Source of the DNA: Oscillospiraceae bacterium
GTDB lineage: Bacteria; Bacteroidota; Bacteroidia; Bacteroidales; WCHB1-69
Reading direction: 5' to 3'
Assembly (NCBI GenBank): GCA_963620035.1
Contig: CAVEXN010000011.1
Span: forward strand, 149 to 64,148
Length of the DNA stretch: 64,000 bases
The notes below the pieces were generated by a model. That model ran no database searches. It had not been told where the DNA came from and saw only the letters and a list, made by a program, of their open reading frames with translations. Positions 44,308-53,795 of this stretch are shown piece by piece. How positions within the stretch are numbered: position 1 is the first letter of the stretch; every line of letters begins with the position of its first letter. Both the position numbers and the translations under genes were made by a program.

Positions 44308-46890
44308 ATGAAAAATCTACATTTCATTCTGATATTCATGACGATTATGCTGGCCGGAAGCATCGCATTCGCCCAGAAGCCAGCAAAGAAAGACCGGCGG
44401 GTTGCCAAGACGCAAATGCCGGCAGACAGCGCAGCCGCAGCCAAAGGCGCCACATTTGTCATCGACAACGACGAACTTGAGGATGTGATCGGTTTTTCGG
44501 AAATCAATGATATGCAAGAGGACGAGAGCGGGTATTCGTCGAGTCCTATGCCCGGGTTGCTGCATTCATCGCAGGATGTATTCACGAGAAACACTTCCTA
44601 CACTTTCAGCATTGCGTATTTTCGCGCGCGCGGCTATGACGGGAAGTATTCCGACGTGTTCATGAACGGGTTTTCCATGAACAGCAGTGTCACCGGGCGG
44701 GCCACCTACTCGCAATGGGGCGGTCTGAACCAGATATTCCGTTATCCCGAATACATCACCAATATGGATGCGGCAGGGTTCGCTTTCGGGAACATCGGCG
44801 GTGCCGGCAACTACAATCTCTGCGCCAGCAACTTCCGCCGTCAGGTCAGGGCCTCTTATTCTCTCACCAACCGCACGTACAACAACCGCATCATGCTCAC
44901 CGGCGCCACCGGCGTGATGAAAAACGGATGGTCGGTGGCAGGGTCTCTGTCTGCCCGCTTCGGCGACGGCATCTCCTATGTGGAGGGGACCTCATACAAC
45001 AGTTTTGCCGGCTTCATTGCCGTTGAGAAAATCTTCAATTCAGAACACCGTCTCAACCTTTCGGCTTTCGCCAGCTACACCTCGCGGGGCATGCAGTCGA
45101 GTTCGGTGCAAGAGGCCTACGACCTGCTGAACGACAACTACTACAACGCCAACTGGGGCTGGTATCAAGGCAAACAGCGCAATGCGCGCGTACGCACCGT
45201 ATGCGAGCCCGTCATCCTGCTCACCCACAGCTATACGCCAAAAGACAACCGGCTGAGAATCACAGGCACGCTTGCGGCCACATTTGGACGGAACAGCACT
45301 ACCTCGCTCAATTGGTACGACGCTCCCGACCCACGTCCCGACTACTACCGTTACCTGCCCTCATACCAGATCAGCGACGGCGACACCGCCGAATACTACA
45401 GCGATATCCGTCGCCTCTGGAGCGAGAATGACCAATCCTATACCCAAATCAACTGGGACCGCCTTTATGAAGTAAACCAATTGGCAGCCGCACAGGGCAA
45501 ACGGGCTCAATACATGATCGAGAACCGCGTGCGTGACCACATCTTGTTAGGCGGAGCCTCTCACCTCTCCTATTCATTCACTAAACACGCCAGACTCTAC
45601 GCCGGACTTGACGTGCGCGGCATGAAACAGAAAAACTACAAAACCATCAACGACCTGCTGGGCGGCTCCTACTGGCTTGATGTGGACAAGTTCTCCGAAG
45701 GAGATTTTCCCGAAGACCAACAGGTGCAGTACAACGACATTCTGCACAAGGACGACACCCTGCACGAAGGTGACATCTTCGGATACAACTACGACTATCA
45801 CATTTACACCCAGCGCCTTTGGGCGACCGCCATGTTCTCTTTCCCCCATATCGACTTTCATATTGGCGGACAAATCGGCGGGACAGAATTCTGGCGCACC
45901 GGAAAAATGCAGAACGGACGTTTCCAGAACAACTCTCTCGGCAATTCAGAAAAGAAAGCATTCCTTGAGGGTGCAGCCAAGGCTGGTTTGACCTACAAAA
46001 TCACTGGCCGCAACTACCTTGTGTTGAACGGCCAGTTCGCTTCGTCTGCCCCATCCGTCATGAACGCATTCGTGTCGCCGCACATTCAGAACGGTTACGT
46101 GGAGAATCTTTCCAATGAGAAAATCTACTCTGCTGACCTCTCCTACGTGCTCAACCATCCCGTCATCAAACTCAGAGTCTCGGCATTCTTTACGCAAATG
46201 CAGGACATCAACAAATTGATAAGCTTTTACCATGACGACTTTTCCAGCATGGTAAACTATTCCGTTTCCGGCATTGACCAACGGCATTACGGCATCGAAC
46301 TGGGCAGCGAAATAAAACTTGGCAGCATGTTCTCGCTCATACTTGCCGGCACGTACGGTGACTATCGCTACTCTGACAAAGCCTCCGTGGTCATGATTGC
46401 CGAAAACGGCACCGACTTCGAAGATGATATCCTGCGGACCGTTTACTGGAAGAACTTCCATGTGGCCGGCACGCCGCAAGCCGCTTCCACCATAGGGCTC
46501 AAGTTCAACCATGACTACTGGTGGGTTACCGTAAATGCCAACTACTTCGACAAGATATATTGCGACTTGAACCCGGAACGGAGGACATCTGCCGCACGCG
46601 GTTCTCTTGATTCCAACTCTGAACTCTACCATCAGATTGCAGACCAGACCCGAATGAAAGGGCAATTCACCCTTGACCTCTCCGTCAGCAAGTCTTGGAA
46701 AATCAGGCGTTACCTTGTCGGCATCAATGCCAGCGTCACCAACCTGCTGAACAACAAGAACCTCATCACCACCGCATACGAGCAATACCGTTTCGACTAC
46801 TACAGTTACAACCCCAACAAATACGCCAACAAATACTATTATGCCTTTGGCACGACATTCTACATCGGCCTGAATTTCACTTTCAACTAA
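44308..46890 (+). CDS. TonB-dependent-receptor-like outer-membrane barrel
   Basis: Trimmed to MKNLHFILIFMTIMLAGSIAFA|QKP. Plug-like segment LLHSSQDVFTRNTSYTFSIAYFRARGYDGKYSDVFMNGFSMN. Long beta-rich body ending YYAFGTTFYIGLNFTFN (C-terminal aromatic). Confidence 0.7.
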   Translation: MKNLHFILIFMTIMLAGSIAFAQKPAKKDRRVAKTQMPADSAAAAKGATFVIDNDELEDVIGFSEINDMQEDESGYSSSPMPGLLHSSQDVFTRNTSYTFSIAYFRARGYDGKYSDVFMNGFSMNSSVTGRATYSQWGGLNQIFRYPEYITNMDAAGFAFGNIGGAGNYNLCASNFRRQVRASYSLTNRTYNNRIMLTGATGVMKNGWSVAGSLSARFGDGISYVEGTSYNSFAGFIAVEKIFNSEHRLNLSAFASYTSRGMQSSSVQEAYDLLNDNYYNANWGWYQGKQRNARVRTVCEPVILLTHSYTPKDNRLRITGTLAATFGRNSTTSLNWYDAPDPRPDYYRYLPSYQISDGDTAEYYSDIRRLWSENDQSYTQINWDRLYEVNQLAAAQGKRAQYMIENRVRDHILLGGASHLSYSFTKHARLYAGLDVRGMKQKNYKTINDLLGGSYWLDVDKFSEGDFPEDQQVQYNDILHKDDTLHEGDIFGYNYDYHIYTQRLWATAMFSFPHIDFHIGGQIGGTEFWRTGKMQNGRFQNNSLGNSEKKAFLEGAAKAGLTYKITGRNYLVLNGQFASSAPSVMNAFVSPHIQNGYVENLSNEKIYSADLSYVLNHPVIKLRVSAFFTQMQDINKLISFYHDDFSSMVNYSVSGIDQRHYGIELGSEIKLGSMFSLILAGTYGDYRYSDKASVVMIAENGTDFEDDILRTVYWKNFHVAGTPQAASTIGLKFNHDYWWVTVNANYFDKIYCDLNPERRTSAARGSLDSNSELYHQIADQTRMKGQFTLDLSVSKSWKIRRYLVGINASVTNLLNNKNLITTAYEQYRFDYYSYNPNKYANKYYYAFGTTFYIGLNFTFN

Positions 46891-46905
46891 CCGCAATCCG
46901 ACTTA

Positions 46906-48171
46906 ATGAAACGTTCACATTCATCCATTGTCTGTCTGCTGGCAATCCTCGTGGCCGGATGTTTCGCCGGCTGCAACACAGAGCCTGACATTGCGCCCAT
47001 ACCCTCATATTCGGGAGAAGCCAACACCACCATTGCAGAGCTGCTCGACCTCCACCAAATCGGTTCGTCCGACTCCTACGACCACATCTCGGAAGACTCG
47101 GCCGACATCGTCATCTGCGGCATTGTGACCTCTTCGGACGAGCACGGCAACTGCTACAAATATCTCAACATCGAAGACGGCACCGGCGGCATCCAGATCC
47201 GCATCAACAACAGTTATCTCTACAAAAAATACCGTGTCGGGCAGCGCATCTTTGTCAAGTGCAACGGTCTTGACCTGGGCGACTACCGAAAACTGCCCTG
47301 TCTCGGCATTTGGGCAAACGGCTCCATACAGCAGATCCCCTCCAACAAAGTGTCACGCTATGTGTTTTTGGATGGGGCACCGGAACCGTTCACACCCGCC
47401 ATCAGGCTCGCCACCATACCGGGTGCCGCTGACATGCCAGACACCTACTACAACCGTCTCGCCGTGTTAGAGAACGCCTCGTTCATTGAGGGCGGAACCG
47501 CCAACTTCTCGGAGGACAACTCCGCCACCAGCCGCGACATCGTCATGGCAGACGGCACCACCATCACGATGCGCACCAGCAACTATGCCGATTTCCGGCA
47601 AGAGACGCTTCCCACCGGAACAGGCACCGTGACGGGCATCCTCACACGCTACAATAATACTATACAGATCGTAATCCGCGACTTGGACGACCTGCAAGGC
47701 TTCGGAAATGCCCCGCACACGGCAGACATCTTCACCGTAAACTACGGAAACGCATTTGAGGACGGCTGGCTCCGCATCTCGTCCGGCAGCGAATGGACCG
47801 TGCTCTCCAACTCCTCCTTCACGGGATTCCTGATACAGCCGCAGTCGGAGACCGACAGTTGGCTCATCTCGCCCGCCATCAATCTGTCCGGCACCGTAGA
47901 GCCATTGCTGACCTACAGCCACCGCATCTCCGGCAACAGCGAAAACGCTGCAATGAAATGCTTCTATACCCTCAATTATACCGGCGATGTAAACACGACA
48001 GAGTGGACCGAAATTCCCGTTGACGGGTACAGCAGCACTTTCCGGGACGAGCGTTTCAAAATGCCGGCATCCGCCTGCACGTCAAGTTTCAGGTTCGCTT
48101 TCAGATACTCCGGCAACGGCACAATATGGGCAATCCGAAACATTAACATCTCGGCAACCGTAAACCAATAA
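46906..48171 (+). CDS. surface lipoprotein with OB-fold-like N-terminal domain and choice-of-anchor-J-like C-terminal domain (DUF5689-like), paralog 1
   Basis: Lipobox LVAGCFAG|CNTEP. GNCYKYLNIEDGTGGIQIRI...GQRIFVKCNGLDLGDY. C-terminal DSWLISPAINL. Family name is from memory of similar Bacteroidetes loci. Confidence 0.6.
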   Translation: MKRSHSSIVCLLAILVAGCFAGCNTEPDIAPIPSYSGEANTTIAELLDLHQIGSSDSYDHISEDSADIVICGIVTSSDEHGNCYKYLNIEDGTGGIQIRINNSYLYKKYRVGQRIFVKCNGLDLGDYRKLPCLGIWANGSIQQIPSNKVSRYVFLDGAPEPFTPAIRLATIPGAADMPDTYYNRLAVLENASFIEGGTANFSEDNSATSRDIVMADGTTITMRTSNYADFRQETLPTGTGTVTGILTRYNNTIQIVIRDLDDLQGFGNAPHTADIFTVNYGNAFEDGWLRISSGSEWTVLSNSSFTGFLIQPQSETDSWLISPAINLSGTVEPLLTYSHRISGNSENAAMKCFYTLNYTGDVNTTEWTEIPVDGYSSTFRDERFKMPASACTSSFRFAFRYSGNGTIWAIRNINISATVNQ

Positions 48172-48185
48172 AACTACAGACCACA

Positions 48186-49481
48186 ATGAAAAGAAACGTT
48201 TTGATCCTCTGGCTACTTGCGGCTTCCACTCTCTTGCTATCCTCCTGCAACAAATGGGAAGAGCCTGTATTTCAGGTGCCGACATACGACGGTCCTCAAG
48301 CCAACCGCACCATCGCCGACATCAAAGCCATGCACACCTTAAGTTCCGGGAACCTTGACTCCATCTGCTCCTCCGACGAGACCTTCATCGTCAAAGCCGT
48401 TGTAGTCAGTTCCGACCAAGGCGGCAACTGCTACAAATACCTGACCCTTCAGGACGAAACCGGCGGCATTGAAATCGCCATTGACCGAAGCGGGCTCTAC
48501 AACGAATATCCGGTGGGGCAGACCGTCTATCTCGACTGCCGCGGGCTCATTGTGGGCGATTATTACAAAAAATATCAAATAGGATGGAAATACAACGGGG
48601 CTGTAGGGCGAATCCATACCGAAGCCCTCAAGAACTACCTGCACAAAGACGGTCTTCCTGACCCCAATCACCCATATCTTTCCAAACCGGTAGAAATCAC
48701 CGGAGCCTCCCAACTCTCGCTTGAAAACGTCAACCGGTTCGTCAAAATCAACGGTGTCCGCTTTGCCGAAGACTGTGACGGGATGCCTTTTGCCAGCAAC
48801 GACTTCACCACCGACCGCGATGCCACCGTCAACGGGCAGAGTTTCATTGTCCGCACCTCCAATTATGCCAATTTCAGGTCTGACCTCATCGATGCCGATG
48901 CTGAATACTGTCTGTACGGTATCCTTTCCGTTTACAATTCCGAGTACCAACTGACCCTCCGCACAAGAGACGACATACAGTTCGCCCGGCACGAAGAAGA
49001 TGTGATACTCAAGACTTTCACTTTCAACGACCAGTCGCTGACCACAGGCGGATGGTTTTCGTGGCCTGAAGGGGAATGGCGTTACCAGTCATTCCAAGGG
49101 AACCAATTCATGGTGCATCTGGAGACGGACGAAGTCTGTGACGATTGGCTCGTCTCTCCCGAAATCGACATCGAGGATCTGTCGGATGCCGTTTTAGTCA
49201 TCAACCATGCCAACAATGTGGCGGGCAGTCCGGCCACTTACTATCAGGCCTACTACTCCACCACTTACAGCGGCGGTGCCGTCAACGAGATTGACTGGCA
49301 TGCCTTCAGTCCTAACATCAACTCTTTCCCGTCCACATTCGGCAACAGCAACGAACTCAGCCTTTCGTCTGTCGGGAGCAGCAGTTTCAGGGTCGCGCTC
49401 CGTTACCGCAAGAGCGGCAAGGCTGACGGCACGCGATGGAGTGTCCGAAGCATGGTCATCTACAAGAAATCACAGAAATAG
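48186..49481 (+). CDS. surface lipoprotein, DUF5689-like, paralog 2
   Basis: Lipobox TLLLSS|CNKWE. GNCYKYLTLQDETGGIEIAI...GQTVYLDCRGLIVGDY. C-terminal DDWLVSPEIDI. Collinear with the upstream paralog. Confidence 0.6.
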   Translation: MKRNVLILWLLAASTLLLSSCNKWEEPVFQVPTYDGPQANRTIADIKAMHTLSSGNLDSICSSDETFIVKAVVVSSDQGGNCYKYLTLQDETGGIEIAIDRSGLYNEYPVGQTVYLDCRGLIVGDYYKKYQIGWKYNGAVGRIHTEALKNYLHKDGLPDPNHPYLSKPVEITGASQLSLENVNRFVKINGVRFAEDCDGMPFASNDFTTDRDATVNGQSFIVRTSNYANFRSDLIDADAEYCLYGILSVYNSEYQLTLRTRDDIQFARHEEDVILKTFTFNDQSLTTGGWFSWPEGEWRYQSFQGNQFMVHLETDEVCDDWLVSPEIDIEDLSDAVLVINHANNVAGSPATYYQAYYSTTYSGGAVNEIDWHAFSPNINSFPSTFGNSNELSLSSVGSSSFRVALRYRKSGKADGTRWSVRSMVIYKKSQK

Positions 49482-49508
49482 ACAAAACAAACAAAACATT
49501 CCCATACA

Positions 49509-50717
49509 ATGTATCAGCTCAATTCCATTGAAGAAGCTTTAGAAGATTTCAAAGCCGGCAAATTTATCATAATGGTTGATGACGAAGACCGCGAGAACGA
49601 AGGGGACTTCATCATTGCCGCCGAGAAGATAACCCCAGAAAAAGTCAATTTCATGCTCCAATACGGGCGAGGAGTCCTGTGTGCGCCGCTCACCAGGGAA
49701 CGTTGCCAGCAATTAGACCTCGACATGCAGGTCAACAGCAACACCTCGCTGCACGGAACGCCGTTCACCATCACCGTTGACTTGTTGGAACACGGATGCA
49801 CCACCGGAGTCTCGATGCATGACCGTGCCGCCACCATCAAGGCGCTTGCCGACCCGAGCATGAAGCCGGACAATTTCGGACGGCCCGGTCACATCAACCC
49901 GCTGATGGCCCGCGACGGCGGCGTGCTGGTCCGCGCCGGACATACCGAAGCCACCGTTGACATGGCACGCCTGGCGGGACTCACCCCTGTAGGTTCACTC
50001 ATAGAAATCATCAACCCTGACGGCACCATGGCCCGTCTGCCGCAACTCATCGAAGTCGCCAAGAAACACGACCTCAAGATCACCAGCGTCGAAAAACTCA
50101 TCGCCTACCGGCTGGAGCGCGAGAAACTCATACGCAAAGAGCAGGAAGTCACACTCCCCACCCGCTGGGGCACATTCCAGCTCATCGCCTACACCCAGCT
50201 CAACAACGGGGCAACCCACCTGGCACTCAAAAAGGGCGACTGGAAGGAGGGCGAACCCATCCTTACCCGCGTGCATTCCTCTTGTGCCACGGGCGACATT
50301 TTCGGTTCCGAGAAATGCGACTGCGGCGAGCAGCTGCACCGCTCCATGCAGATGATTGAAGATGCCGGCAAAGGGCTGGTCCTCTATATGAGCCAAGAGG
50401 GACGAGGCATAGGACTGGTGAACAAACTACGCGCCTACCACCTTCAGGAACTGGGCCGCGACACCGTCGAGGCCAACCTCGAACTCGGATTCAAGGCTGA
50501 CGAACGCGACTACGGCATCGGTGCACAAATCCTGCGCGACCTGAACGCCACCAACATACGCCTCATCACCAACAACCCTGCAAAAAGAGTAGGACTTTCA
50601 GCACACGGCATCCAAATTGAAGAAACCGTCCCCATCATCGTGCAGCCTAACGCCATCAACAAGCGTTATCTCAAAACCAAACAGGAAAAGATGGGACATA
50701 ACCTTCATCTCGACTAA
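49509..50717 (+). CDS. ribBA: bifunctional 3,4-dihydroxy-2-butanone-4-phosphate synthase / GTP cyclohydrolase II
   Basis: RibB part [16 protein letters not shown]...[14 protein letters not shown]. RibA part [22 protein letters not shown]...[11 protein letters not shown]. 402 aa. Confidence 0.95.
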   Translation: MYQLNSIEEALEDFKAGKFIIMVDDEDRENEGDFIIAAEKITPEKVNFMLQYGRGVLCAPLTRERCQQLDLDMQVNSNTSLHGTPFTITVDLLEHGCTTGVSMHDRAATIKALADPSMKPDNFGRPGHINPLMARDGGVLVRAGHTEATVDMARLAGLTPVGSLIEIINPDGTMARLPQLIEVAKKHDLKITSVEKLIAYRLEREKLIRKEQEVTLPTRWGTFQLIAYTQLNNGATHLALKKGDWKEGEPILTRVHSSCATGDIFGSEKCDCGEQLHRSMQMIEDAGKGLVLYMSQEGRGIGLVNKLRAYHLQELGRDTVEANLELGFKADERDYGIGAQILRDLNATNIRLITNNPAKRVGLSAHGIQIEETVPIIVQPNAINKRYLKTKQEKMGHNLHLD

Positions 50718-50747
50718 AACACATTCCAGTACCAAACACCAAAGAAT

Positions 50748-51869
50748 GTGAAAGCGACCAGACTATCCCTTTGCCTCGCTGTTTTTTGCTTGCTCTCTTT
50801 CAGGACTGAGGCGCAGACGGACTCCGTTCCGCTGTTCAACACCTTGCGGCTCGAGATGCGGGCAGACGCCGATTTTGCGCATGATATACTTGTCAACAAC
50901 GGCACCGTCATCTCCGAAAGGAACACTTACGGCTTCACGGGACGTTACTTCAACCTCCATTTGGGCGGAAACCTCAACCGGCAGATTTCTTACTACTTCC
51001 GGCAGCGCATCATCGCAAACGAGGGCAGCAGCAAATTCTTTGACAACACCGACTTCCTATACCTCAACTACCGGTTTCACCGCAACTGGAGCGTGCGTGC
51101 CGGGAAAGACGCCTTGGCAGTCGGCGGGTTCGAGTACGACGCACCGCCCATCGATGTTTTCCTCAACGCCTATTACTGGGACTATTTTTACTGCTTCCAG
51201 TTGGCGGCTTCGGTTTCCTACCACACCAGTGACGGGAGAAACACGATTATGGCACAAGTCGGCAACTCCCCGTATGTACATTACGGTTCAACATTCCAGA
51301 ACTCCCTGTTAAGCTACAACCTCTTCTGGTCAGGGAGATTCGACCATTTCCAGACGCTATACTCCATCAACATGTTCCAGCGCGACCGTGAGGGGCACTT
51401 CATGAACTGCATTGCCCTCGGCAACAAAGTGACCTATCCGCGGTGGAGTCTTTATGTTGACTTGATACACCGTGCCAACAGCATGCAGCAGTTGCTGAAA
51501 AACTTCGGGGTGATTGCCCGGGCAGACGTGATGCTCGGCAAGGGTGTCAGCTTGTTTGTCAAGGGCGGCTACGAACAGAACAAAGACCTTGATGAATACG
51601 CCTCCTATCTGGAGACGAAGACCATGTGGGACTGTCTTTCCGTGCCGGGGCAGACCTACAGTTTCTGTGGTATCGGTTGCGAATACCGCCCGGAATCCTG
51701 CCCCGACCTGCGTCTGCACGCATACGTGGCTGACTTCTGCACCCGAAACGTGTTCGACGTAAGCATCCAAGACTTGGCGCCGGGAGACTGGCACTACAGG
51801 ATAGCCGCCAGCCTCGGCATTTCTTGCAATTTCGATTTCCTCAAATACATAAACAAAAAGGTAAAATGA
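50748..51869 (+). CDS. putative porin-like outer-membrane beta-barrel protein
   Basis: GTG start in the track. Signal peptide ...CLLSFRTEA|QTDS. Alternating aromatic-rich beta pattern. 373 aa. The family is not certain. Confidence 0.5.
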   Translation: MKATRLSLCLAVFCLLSFRTEAQTDSVPLFNTLRLEMRADADFAHDILVNNGTVISERNTYGFTGRYFNLHLGGNLNRQISYYFRQRIIANEGSSKFFDNTDFLYLNYRFHRNWSVRAGKDALAVGGFEYDAPPIDVFLNAYYWDYFYCFQLAASVSYHTSDGRNTIMAQVGNSPYVHYGSTFQNSLLSYNLFWSGRFDHFQTLYSINMFQRDREGHFMNCIALGNKVTYPRWSLYVDLIHRANSMQQLLKNFGVIARADVMLGKGVSLFVKGGYEQNKDLDEYASYLETKTMWDCLSVPGQTYSFCGIGCEYRPESCPDLRLHAYVADFCTRNVFDVSIQDLAPGDWHYRIAASLGISCNFDFLKYINKKVK

Positions 51870-53128
51870 AAACAGACCGGCAAAAGACATTTTCCTACCA
51901 CAAAACAGTAGAGAAACTATTCTTGAGAATAGAGAAGACAATAAAACGGCCTATCAAGTTCACCGGGAAGCGGACCATAGAAGCCCTCATATTCCTCATC
52001 CTCTTCATTGCCTTCTTCGCCGCCATTGCCCATGTGATGACACTGCCGAAGATGTTGAGCACCCTGATGCAGACGGCATATTCGCTGCTGATAGAGACCG
52101 TGTTCTACATCATGGCCATCTGTGTGCTCACCGGCGCCATCGGTAAGCTGCTGACGGAGTTCGGCGTAGTGCGCCTGATGGAAAACATCCTGCGTCCGTT
52201 GATGAAGCCGCTCTACAACCTTCCGGGCGTGTCGGCATTAGGGGCGGTCTTGACATTCCTGAGCGACAACCCGGCCATCATCACCCTGTCGAAAGACAAG
52301 AACTTCAGCCGTTACTTCAAGAAATACCAATTAGTGTCGCTCACCAACTTCGGCACCGCTTTCGGCATGGGGCTTATGGTGTTGGCATTCATGACCGGCA
52401 TCGGGTACGGCAAAAGTGCGGTTCTCGGAATCGTGGGGGCGGTCATCGGCAGCATTGTCTCCACCCGTCTTATGCAGCGCTTGACGCTGAAAGCCTTTCC
52501 CGAACTGGACACACCCATAATAGACGAATCGGAAGACACCGCGGAGGCCTCCCGGAAACTGGAAGGCGACGAGCAGCAGATTACTTACAAGAGTGAGGGT
52601 TCTCCGTTCATGCGTTTCCTCAACGGCATCCTCGACGGCGGCAAAGAGGGCGTGAGCATCGGTCTGGCCATCATACCGGGCGTGCTGGTCATCTCCACAC
52701 TCGTGATGATGATGACCTTCGGTCCCTCCGGCGAAAACGGCACATATTTAGGCGTAGCCTACGAAGGCGTCCCCATCATCACCAAACTTGCCGACAAGAT
52801 CAACATTGTATTCTACTGGCTCTTCGGTTTCCAGTTCCCGCAACTCATATCATTTCCGATCACGGCTTTAGGGGCGGTGGGCGCCGCATTGGGACTGGTC
52901 CCGAAGTTCATCGCACAAGGCATCATCGACAGCAATGCCATTGCCGTATTCACCGCTATGGGCATGTGCTGGAGCGGATACCTCAGCACCCACACGGCCA
53001 TGCTTGACTCGCTGGGTTACCGTAAACTCATCGGCAAAGCCATCGCCGCACACACCATCGGCGGACTTGTTGCCGGCATCGCCGCACACTGGATGCATGT
53101 ACCGCTCGCACTGCTGGGCATCATGTAG
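51866..53128 (+). CDS. inner-membrane protein with nucleoside-recognition (Gate)-like domains (YjiH/SpmA-like transporter)
   Basis: Trimmed to MKTDRQ (ATGA overlap with the upstream stop). About 10 TM helices. Segments such as LMKPLYNLPGVSALGAVLTFLSDNPA resemble Gate-domain proteins. Confidence 0.5.
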   Translation: MKTDRQKTFSYHKTVEKLFLRIEKTIKRPIKFTGKRTIEALIFLILFIAFFAAIAHVMTLPKMLSTLMQTAYSLLIETVFYIMAICVLTGAIGKLLTEFGVVRLMENILRPLMKPLYNLPGVSALGAVLTFLSDNPAIITLSKDKNFSRYFKKYQLVSLTNFGTAFGMGLMVLAFMTGIGYGKSAVLGIVGAVIGSIVSTRLMQRLTLKAFPELDTPIIDESEDTAEASRKLEGDEQQITYKSEGSPFMRFLNGILDGGKEGVSIGLAIIPGVLVISTLVMMMTFGPSGENGTYLGVAYEGVPIITKLADKINIVFYWLFGFQFPQLISFPITALGAVGAALGLVPKFIAQGIIDSNAIAVFTAMGMCWSGYLSTHTAMLDSLGYRKLIGKAIAAHTIGGLVAGIAAHWMHVPLALLGIM

Positions 53129-53201
53129 CGCCTGAAGTTCTGACATGGTCTGACCAATGGCGTGCCGTCCCTCACAACAACCAACAGAGACTGACAACAA
53201 T

Positions 53202-53750
53202 ATGAATAGATTTCTTCTTTCCCTTTTGCTCATCTGCGCCGGGCTTGCCGGCACAGCACAGACGCAGCCCATGAAATTTATGGGGGTGAACCTCAACTGC
53301 ACTATGACCACATTCATATCGAAGATGAAAGGGAAAGGCTTCACGCAAGACCCCAACAGCCATGACAACATCATCTACATGAAAGGCATGTTCGCCGGGG
53401 AACGGGTTCGCCTTGAGGTGCGCAATGCCCCAAAAACCAAACTCATCGCCAGCGTGTCGGTGCGCTTCAACCACAGTACGAGTTACTCGTACGACATCCT
53501 GCGGAAGAAACTGCAAGTCAAATACGGCAGCGACTTCACGGAGGTGAAAAACCTGAAAGAAGAGGAGATATTCGTAAACTACACGACCGACTATACCGTA
53601 TGGAACGTCAACAAAGACACCCTCACCGGCAACTGTAACCAGATCGTGCTCTCCAAATGCAGTTACCGGTCCACCTCCCCGTTAGTCATCTCCTACATTG
53701 ACTACCGGAACTCCAGGCAGGACAGAGAGGAGATAGACTCTGACTTCTGA
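53202..53750 (+). CDS. small secreted protein of unknown function
   Basis: Trimmed to MNRFLLSLLLICAGLAGTA|QTQP. 182 aa. No recognisable motif. Confidence 0.45.
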   Translation: MNRFLLSLLLICAGLAGTAQTQPMKFMGVNLNCTMTTFISKMKGKGFTQDPNSHDNIIYMKGMFAGERVRLEVRNAPKTKLIASVSVRFNHSTSYSYDILRKKLQVKYGSDFTEVKNLKEEEIFVNYTTDYTVWNVNKDTLTGNCNQIVLSKCSYRSTSPLVISYIDYRNSRQDREEIDSDF

Positions 53751-53780
53751 TCCGAAAGCACCGCATTCAAAGTTTTATGT

Positions 53781-53788
53781 TATTTTTG
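53781..53788 (+). promoter_or_regulatory. -7 promoter box TATTTTTG immediately upstream of lepA
   Basis: gtTATTTTTGcacac ends 8 nt before the ATG at 53796, which implies a very short or absent leader. Confidence 0.45.
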
Positions 53789-53795
53789 CACACTT

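Noticed and set aside
49482-49508. A possible FMN riboswitch upstream of ribBA.
   Set aside because: Only 27 nt separate ribBA from the preceding stop codon, which is far too short for an FMN element.
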